Source: Candidatus Aminicenantes bacterium (GTDB lineage: Bacteria > Acidobacteriota > Aminicenantia > Aminicenantales > UBA4085). From it: a stretch of 64,000 bases of DNA. Where the stretch lies: the NCBI GenBank assembly GCA_963848835.1, contig CAWKFB010000008.1, positions 70,168-134,167 on the forward strand, given 5' to 3'. The notes beneath the pieces were generated by a model that searched no databases, was not told the DNA's origin, and saw only the letters and a program-made list of their open reading frames with translations. The position numbers were made by a program, and so were the translations under genes. Of the stretch, positions 58,926 to 64,000 are shown in pieces (the stretch's first letter is position 1; each line of letters starts with the position of its first letter).

Positions 58926-59396
58926 TCAGAGAAGCCCAAGAAAGACATCTTCGATCTTCTTCCGATGTTCTTCGCGGTCGACGACAACAAGGATGGTGTC
59001 GTCGCCGGCGACCGTCCCGACGATCTCGGGCCGGGCGAGGCGATCGACGAGGCCGGCCACGCCCGCGGCGTTGCCCGGCGTCGTCTTGATGAGGACGAGC
59101 TGGCCCGTCCCCCGAATGCCCGTGACGAAGGTCCGGAAGGCGACCCGGAGCCGTTCCTCGTCCGGGGCGTCCGATCCAGCAGCGGGGAGGGGCCCGTAAC
59201 GCGATGAGTGCGGGCCGGACGCGGCCTTGACGTAGCCGAGCTCCCGAATGTCCCTGGAGACGGTCGCCTGGGTCGTCCGGAAGCCCTGCTTGGCCAGGGC
59301 CCGGCGGATCTCGGCCTGGCTGGCCAGCGGCCGGGCGCGGACGAGGGCGGCCAGGGCCTCCTGCCGCCTCTGTTTAGTATTCTTATTCATAATCAT
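58926..59396 (-). CDS. argR: Arginine repressor ArgR
   Basis: ..[73 protein letters not shown] is canonical ArgR/AhrC. Confidence 0.9.
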   Translation of the reverse strand: MIMNKNTKQRRQEALAALVRARPLASQAEIRRALAKQGFRTTQATVSRDIRELGYVKAASGPHSSRYGPLPAAGSDAPDEERLRVAFRTFVTGIRGTGQLVLIKTTPGNAAGVAGLVDRLARPEIVGTVAGDDTILVVVDREEHRKKIEDVFLGLL

Positions 59397-59429
59397 GTAT
59401 AATTATACATATGAGCCGGGGGCTGTCAA
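59395..59429 (-). promoter_or_regulatory. argR promoter (TTGACA-16 nt-TATAAT on the minus strand) overlapped by a 16-bp perfect palindrome (ARG-box-like operator)
   Basis: On the minus strand, TTGACA is the complement of 59424-59429 and TATAAT the complement of 59402-59407, with only 5 nt to the ATG (59396). The palindrome ATGTATAATTATACAT at 59395-59410 resembles the ARG box core TGAATAATTATTCA. Confidence 0.55.
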
Positions 59430-59439
59430 GCGATTTGTT

Positions 59440-59469
59440 TTGACTCCCCCGAGCCGGGTGGCTTATCAT
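59440..59469 (+). promoter_or_regulatory. Candidate promoter for rubredoxin (TTGACT-18 nt-TATCAT), divergent from argR
   Basis: TTGACT at 59440-59445 and TATCAT at 59464-59469, followed by the GGGAGG RBS at 59477-59482. Confidence 0.35.
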
Positions 59470-59489
59470 GGACGAAGGGAGGTATGAAC

Positions 59490-59627
59490 ATGAAGAAATA
59501 CGTTTGCCGGGTCTGCGGCTATATCTACGACGAAGCGGTTGAAGGGGTCGCTTTCGCCGACCTCCCGGACTGGTGGGTCTGCCCGAACTGCGGCGCGCCC
59601 AAGTCCGAATTCGAAGAAATCGAATAA
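59490..59627 (+). CDS. Rubredoxin
   Basis: Not in the ORF track (45 aa). My translation is [45 protein letters not shown], with CxxCG and CPxCG motifs. The RBS lies 7 nt upstream. An alternative ATG at 59484 has poor spacing. Confidence 0.85.
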   Translation: MKKYVCRVCGYIYDEAVEGVAFADLPDWWVCPNCGAPKSEFEEIE

Positions 59628-59641
59628 TCCGTCCGGATTAG

Positions 59642-59755
59642 GGGGACGACGCACTCGCTTCCCGATTTCGGGGACGTGATTCCCTGGCCCCGCATGGTGG
59701 CAGGGTATCATGTCCCCCAATCTTGAAATCGGGAAACGAGTGCTACGTCCCCCCA
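59642..59755. repeat. Family F nested palindromic repeat F2 (29-bp imperfect outer arms plus inner inverted repeat)
   Basis: gggggacgacgcactcgcttcccgatttc .. gaaatcgggaaacgagtgctacgtccccc. The inner arms are ggggacgtgattccctg / cagggtatcatgtcccc. Half-copies occur at 2793-2812 and 61812-61830. Confidence 0.8.
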
Positions 59756-59800
59756 TTTTTCTCTTGCCAATACGCGGCGCTTTATGATTTGGTATAGGGC

Positions 59801-60511
59801 ATGAACGCGATCATCATGGCCGCCGGGACGGGGACCCGTCTCATGCCGTTCACGGCGGACCGGCCCAAAGCCCTCGTCGAAGTCGAGGGCGTTTCCCTGA
59901 TCGAGCGCCAGATCCGCTTCTTCCGCGAACGCGGCGTCAAGGAGATCACGATCGTCACCGGTCACCGGCCCGAGCGGTTCGCCGATCTCGCGGCCAGGTA
60001 CCCGGACATCGACTTCGTCCACAACGACAAGTTCGACGTCTGGAACAACATGTACACGGTTTACCTCGTCCGCGACCGACTGGCCGAGAGCTTCGTCGCC
60101 GAATCCGACGTCTGCATGCACCGGAACTATATCCCCTCCGCATCGCCCATGAAGTCGCTCGTCTTCGGCGGCCGCCGCTCCGGCTTCTCCAAGGAGTGGA
60201 TCATTCGGGCCGGCGCCGACGGCCGGATCGACCGCATCGACGTCGCCGGCGGCGAGGGGATCATCGAGTGCGGGCTCACCTACTGGACGGCCGCAGACGC
60301 CCCGGTCGTCCGGGCTCGCCTCGAGGATTTCGTGGAGCGGGGCGACTTCGCCGAGCGCTACTGGGACGACGTCTTCATGTCGCTCTTCTGCGAGCTCGAC
60401 ATCCGCCTCGCCGAGATCGATCCCTCCGCCTGGACCGAGATCGACTCCCCGGCCGATCTCGAGGAGGCGCGCGACAAGGAACGGCAGAGGCTCCGCCTAA
60501 GCTTCCCGTGA
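59801..60511 (+). CDS. LicC-like nucleotidyltransferase (CTP:phosphocholine or phosphonate cytidylyltransferase family)
   Basis: MNAIIMAAGTGTRLMPFTADRPKALVEV..IERQIRFF..ITIVTGH..FVHNDKFDVWNNMYTVYLV..RYWDDVF..EIDSPADLEEA is collinear with S. pneumoniae LicC as I recall it. Confidence 0.7.
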   Translation: MNAIIMAAGTGTRLMPFTADRPKALVEVEGVSLIERQIRFFRERGVKEITIVTGHRPERFADLAARYPDIDFVHNDKFDVWNNMYTVYLVRDRLAESFVAESDVCMHRNYIPSASPMKSLVFGGRRSGFSKEWIIRAGADGRIDRIDVAGGEGIIECGLTYWTAADAPVVRARLEDFVERGDFAERYWDDVFMSLFCELDIRLAEIDPSAWTEIDSPADLEEARDKERQRLRLSFP

Positions 60512-60521
60512 GCCGCGCCTC

Positions 60522-61829
60522 ATGACGAGAAAAGCCGCCGTCAGGCTCTGGCTGAGCCGGCAAAGCGACTCGGTTTTCACCCTCTATGCGTCCGTGGCCG
60601 CCTTTTCCGCCTATTTCTGCATGTACGCCTTCCGCAAGCCGTTCGCCGCGGGCCAGTTCGCCGGGCTCGAATTCGCGGGGATGGATTACAAGACCGTCCT
60701 CGTCATCGGCCAGCTCGTCGGCTACGCGATCTCGAAGGGGATCGGCATCAAGGTCATCGCCGAGGTCACCCGGGTCCGCCGTCCCGCCCTGCTCATCCTC
60801 TTCATGGGCGTCGCCGAAACGGCCCTGGTCCTTTTCGCCGTCGTGCCGCCGCCGGTCAATTTCATCTTTCTCTTCCTGAACGGCCTGCCCCTCGGGATGA
60901 TCTGGGGCCTCGTCTTCAGCTACATCGAAGGCCGTAAGCGCACCGACATCATCGCCCTGGCCCTCTGTTCGAGCTTCGTCCTCGCTTCGGGCGCCGTCAA
61001 GACGGCGGGGAAAGCTCTCCTGAACCTGGGCGTTTCGGAATTTTCCATGCCTTTCGTCACCGGGCTGGCGTTCTTCGTCCCTCTTCTCGCCGCCGCGTGG
61101 ATGCTGGAGACCCTCCCGCCCCCGACGGAGGAGGACAAGGCCCTGCGCACCGAGCGCGTCCCGATGCACAGCCGGGAGAGGCGGCGCTTTTTCGGGTCCT
61201 TCGCCTTAGGATTCGCGTTCCTGCTCGTCGGCTATGTCATCCTCTGCGCGTTCCGCGACTTCCGGGACAACTACATGGCCGACATATGGCAGTCCCTGGG
61301 CCGCGGGCGATCTTCAGCCATCTTCACCGCGACCGAGGCGCCGGCGACGCTCGGGGTGCTCTTCATCCTCGCCTTCGTCCTCAGGATCAGGGACAATTTC
61401 CGGGCCGTCATCATCAACCACCTGGCCATTATCGCCGGGTTCGGCATCGTCGGCGCCGTGACCCTTCTCTATGAGGGCGGAGTCCTCGGCCCTTCCCTGT
61501 GGATGCTCCTGGTCGGCTTCGGCCTCTTCCTGAGCTTTATCCCCTTCAATGGGCTGCTTTATGACCGCCTGATCGCCGCCTTCTCTTATAAAAGCAACGC
61601 CGGGTTTTTGATCTACGTCGGGGATTTCGTGGGATATTCCGGGAGCGTCGGGATCCTGCTCTACAAGTCGTTGGCCCAGAAAGCGCTGACCCACGTCGAC
61701 TTCTTCGTCGACGCGAGTTACGTCCTTAGCGTTGTCGGGATCGTCACGATGATCTGCTCGCTGGCCTATTTCTCCGCCCGCCGCAGATCCTGGCGCCGTA
61801 ACGCTCTTCCGCCGATTTCGGGGACGTGA
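60522..61829 (+). CDS. Polytopic membrane protein, MFS-like (possibly DUF5690 family)
   Basis: 435 aa with about 12 TM segments, 10 nt after the LicC-like gene. The DUF5690 label is from memory and unverified. The last codons and stop lie in a family F half-repeat. Confidence 0.5.
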   Translation: MTRKAAVRLWLSRQSDSVFTLYASVAAFSAYFCMYAFRKPFAAGQFAGLEFAGMDYKTVLVIGQLVGYAISKGIGIKVIAEVTRVRRPALLILFMGVAETALVLFAVVPPPVNFIFLFLNGLPLGMIWGLVFSYIEGRKRTDIIALALCSSFVLASGAVKTAGKALLNLGVSEFSMPFVTGLAFFVPLLAAAWMLETLPPPTEEDKALRTERVPMHSRERRRFFGSFALGFAFLLVGYVILCAFRDFRDNYMADIWQSLGRGRSSAIFTATEAPATLGVLFILAFVLRIRDNFRAVIINHLAIIAGFGIVGAVTLLYEGGVLGPSLWMLLVGFGLFLSFIPFNGLLYDRLIAAFSYKSNAGFLIYVGDFVGYSGSVGILLYKSLAQKALTHVDFFVDASYVLSVVGIVTMICSLAYFSARRRSWRRNALPPISGT

Positions 61830-61947
61830 TCTTGAGAATTCCGGCGGATCGCCCCGTCTATTCCTATGTTCGGACTGAAACGGTTCGGCGGGCCCCGATT
61901 GACATCAGGCGCTTAATCGCTTAATCTACTTGCGAAAGAGAGCGCCG

Positions 61948-62266
61948 ATGGAAACCGCGACGATCCGAATTCCGGCAGAAAAGAAGAAGCTGTTGAAAAC
62001 AATCGCCAGCCTGGAAAACAAGAAAATGAACGACATCGTCGTCGAGCTTGATCGACGATTACGCCGAGCGTTGCAAGGAATCACTCGAGCTCTTGGCGAT
62101 CCCCGGATTCCTCAAAAGGATTGAAGCGGCTTCGCGAGAATACCGCGAAGGAAAAGGCGTCTCTCTTGATGATGTCCGAAGAGATCTGGAGCGTGAGATT
62201 CTTGCCGAGCGCTCTCAAAGAGCTAAATCGTCAGGAAAAAAAGCTGCAAGGACACACAAAAAGTAA
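61948..62266 (+). pseudogene. Antitoxin-like gene (RHH/Phd-type), frame interrupted at about 62048
   Basis: METATIRIPAEKKKLLKTIASLENKKMNDIVVEL | IDDYAERCKESLELLAIPGFLKRIEAASREYREGKGVSLDDV.. is recovered by dropping one T in gagcTTgatc. Confidence 0.45.
62169..62252 (+). pseudogene. 5' remnant of a RelE/ParE-type toxin gene
   Basis: MMSEEIWSVRFLPSALKELNRQEKKLQ.. matches the usual RelE/ParE N-terminus. The similarity stops after about 27 residues and the frame runs into unrelated sequence. Confidence 0.35.
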
Positions 62267-62276
62267 ACATTTTTTC

Positions 62277-62305
62277 TTGACGCCCTTTCCGATCATACAT
62301 ATGCT
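62277..62305 (+). promoter_or_regulatory. Candidate promoter (TTGACG-17 nt-TATGCT) upstream of 62338 gene
   Basis: A hexamer match with 17-nt spacing, about 33 nt before the ATG. Confidence 0.3.
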
Positions 62306-62337
62306 CCTAAAAGAGAGATCGCGCACGAAGGCACGGG

Positions 62338-63357
62338 ATGAAAAAGGAAGCGCATTTTGACGCCGGCCGGCTCGAGCCATCCGATCACACGTGGCTCGTG
62401 ACCGTCCGTCCGGCGCGGCTCTGGCTCAAGAGCAAGAACGGCCAACCGTATCGCCCTTTCCAAATGCTCGTTTTGGACGCCGACGCGGACCTGATCCGGG
62501 AATCGGAAATTTTCGAGGATCGGCCCGAGGTCGGAGCGATCCTTGAGCGTCTCCATAAAGCCATGCTCGAGCCGGCCGCCGGCTCGGGAAAGCCCATGCG
62601 GCCGGCCCGGATGATCTTCGACGACGGCGCCGCGTTCCGATCTTCCAAGCCTCTCCTCGCCGAGATCGGCGTAGAGAGCGCGTTCCGAAAAAGCCTCCCC
62701 ACCGTCGACGCGGTTCTCGGGGATTTCGAGCGTCACATGAGCCGCGGCCCCCTTCGGCCGAGCCTTCAGGACGTCGAGGGAATCTCCTCGCGGATCCTCG
62801 GGGAGCTGTTCGCGACGGCGGCATATTTCTTTCGCCGGAAGCCGTGGCGTTGGCTGGATGATGAATTTCCGCTGGAAATCCGCTTTCCCGCGGATGCGCC
62901 TCCCCGTTACGCCGTCGTTATGGGCAACTCGGAGATCAACTATGGGGCCGCCTTTTACCCGACGGCCGAAGACGCGCGGATTCAATATTCCGATTTGAAG
63001 CCGGAGGAGATATACGACAAGATGACGACGTGGAGCCTGACCTTCGGCGAACCGTGGTATCTGACGTTCGACGATCTGGACGCCATCGAAAAGCGCCGCT
63101 GGCCGATCGCATCCAAGAAAGCGTACCCGTTATACGTGAAATCATCCCACCAAGCTCGAATCGAAATCCCGACGGCGGAAGAAATCCTGTTCACGGCGGC
63201 GGCACTCAACGTTATCCCGTCTTTCGTCGCCGCCCGCAAGGCCGGCGATTCCGGCCGCCTGCGCCCGGGAGGGGCGCTTTTCCGATTGCCCGGCCTTTAT
63301 AAAAACGAAAAAATCCTCATCAACTATCCGGCCGAGCTTTGGTATGGCCTGAACTGA
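62338..63357 (+). CDS. Hypothetical protein
   Basis: 339-aa ORF with reasonable composition and no motif I can assign. Confidence 0.5.
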   Translation: MKKEAHFDAGRLEPSDHTWLVTVRPARLWLKSKNGQPYRPFQMLVLDADADLIRESEIFEDRPEVGAILERLHKAMLEPAAGSGKPMRPARMIFDDGAAFRSSKPLLAEIGVESAFRKSLPTVDAVLGDFERHMSRGPLRPSLQDVEGISSRILGELFATAAYFFRRKPWRWLDDEFPLEIRFPADAPPRYAVVMGNSEINYGAAFYPTAEDARIQYSDLKPEEIYDKMTTWSLTFGEPWYLTFDDLDAIEKRRWPIASKKAYPLYVKSSHQARIEIPTAEEILFTAAALNVIPSFVAARKAGDSGRLRPGGALFRLPGLYKNEKILINYPAELWYGLN

Positions 63358-63383
63358 CCGGGAGGCGCCTGCCCAGGCCAGGC

Positions 63384-64000
63384 TCACCCCATCAGCGGGG
63401 CGTAGAAGTCGTTACCCTTGTCGTCGACCAGGATGAAGGCCGGGAAATCCTTGACCGTGATCTTGTAGATCGCCTCCATCCCGAGCTCGGGGAAGGCCAC
63501 CACTTCCTGGCTCGTGATGCGCTCCTTGGCCAGGAGGGCCGCCGGCCCGCCGATCGACCCCAGATAGAACCCCCCGAACTTCTTGCACGCATCGGTCACG
63601 ATCTTGCCCCGGTTGCCCTTGGCCAGCATGACCATGGACGCGCCCCGCTCCTGGAAGATCGGGACGTAGGCGTCCATGCGGCCGGCCGTCGTCGGCCCCA
63701 GCGACCCGGACGCGTATCCCGGCGGCGTCTTGGCCGGCCCGGCGTAATAGACGATGTGGTCCTTGAAATAGGCCGGCAGGTCCTGGCCCTTGTCCAGCAT
63801 CTCCTTGAGCCGGGCGTGGGCGATGTCGCGGGCGACGATGATCGGCCCGCTGAGCGAGAGCCGCGTCGCGACCGGGTACTTCGACAGCGTCGCCCGGATC
63901 TCGCTCATCGGCCGGTTGAGGTCGACCGGCACCGCCGGCTCCCCTTCCGCGCCCGGCGTCGGCAGATACTTGGCCGGATCGCTTTCGAGCCGCTCGATGA
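63384..64000 (-). CDS. Class I (Fe-S) fumarate hydratase, C-terminal (beta) domain; gene continues beyond window end
   Basis: ..[72 protein letters not shown].. is typical of the FumA/TtdB C-terminal domain. The frame stays open upstream of the GTG at 63932 (..[22 protein letters not shown]), so this is probably a fused fumarase. Confidence 0.8.
   Translation of the reverse strand, partial: IERLESDPAKYLPTPGAEGEPAVPVDLNRPMSEIRATLSKYPVATRLSLSGPIIVARDIAHARLKEMLDKGQDLPAYFKDHIVYYAGPAKTPPGYASGSLGPTTAGRMDAYVPIFQERGASMVMLAKGNRGKIVTDACKKFGGFYLGSIGGPAALLAKERITSQEVVAFPELGMEAIYKITVKDFPAFILVDDKGNDFYAPLMG

Noticed and set aside
1-64000. An autonomous mobile element (IS, transposon, prophage or integrative island) that could account for the repeats.
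   Set aside because: No transposase, integrase, recombinase or phage-like ORF is recognisable in any frame of this window. The repeats therefore appear non-autonomous here.

Overview
High-GC bacterial chromosomal segment, well above 60% GC by eye, with about 50 protein genes, no rRNA or tRNA, no CRISPR array, and no transposase or integrase. Gene content suggests an Acidobacteria-like organism: TIGR03436-type VWA proteins, a CarboxypepD_reg-type TonB-dependent receptor, a sortilin/BNR protein, and many secreted peptidases and glycosidases. This taxonomic call is inference only.

Main blocks, in order:
- GntR regulator with an ABC exporter.
- A LysW amino-group-carrier operon, lysW-lysX-lysY-(homocitrate-synthase-like)-lysZ-lysJ, ending in a Cys-Ntn class-II amidotransferase-like gene instead of lysK.
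- A metK operon preceded by a long leader that ends in an intrinsic terminator.
- A GDP-mannose-3,5-epimerase-like / orphan PPDK_N ATP-grasp / receiver-domain operon.
- Tandem paralogue pairs: two VWA proteins and two secreted proteins.
- vapBC.
- Peptidases of the S9, M24 and retropepsin-like families.
- An arabinan/galactoside utilisation locus with GH51, GH127, a sugar porter, a TonB-dependent receptor and a GH36-like gene.
- mtgA.
- A sortilin/BNR protein.
- argR-argG-argH.
- Rubredoxin.
- A LicC-like cytidylyltransferase with a polytopic membrane protein.
- A decayed toxin-antitoxin (TA) locus.
- A class I fumarase that runs off the window.

Two features are not explained by gene annotation. 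First, almost every large intergenic gap holds at least six families of hairpin-forming repeats. They are mosaic and nested, lie inside operons, and in four cases supply gene start or stop codons. Second, there are about ten single-base frame disruptions. At least five of these (four in argG/argH, one in the ABC permease) read as an extra base within a short G/C run. They most likely reflect assembly indel errors rather than real pseudogenes. All homology statements come from reading the translated ORFs, and no database search was run.
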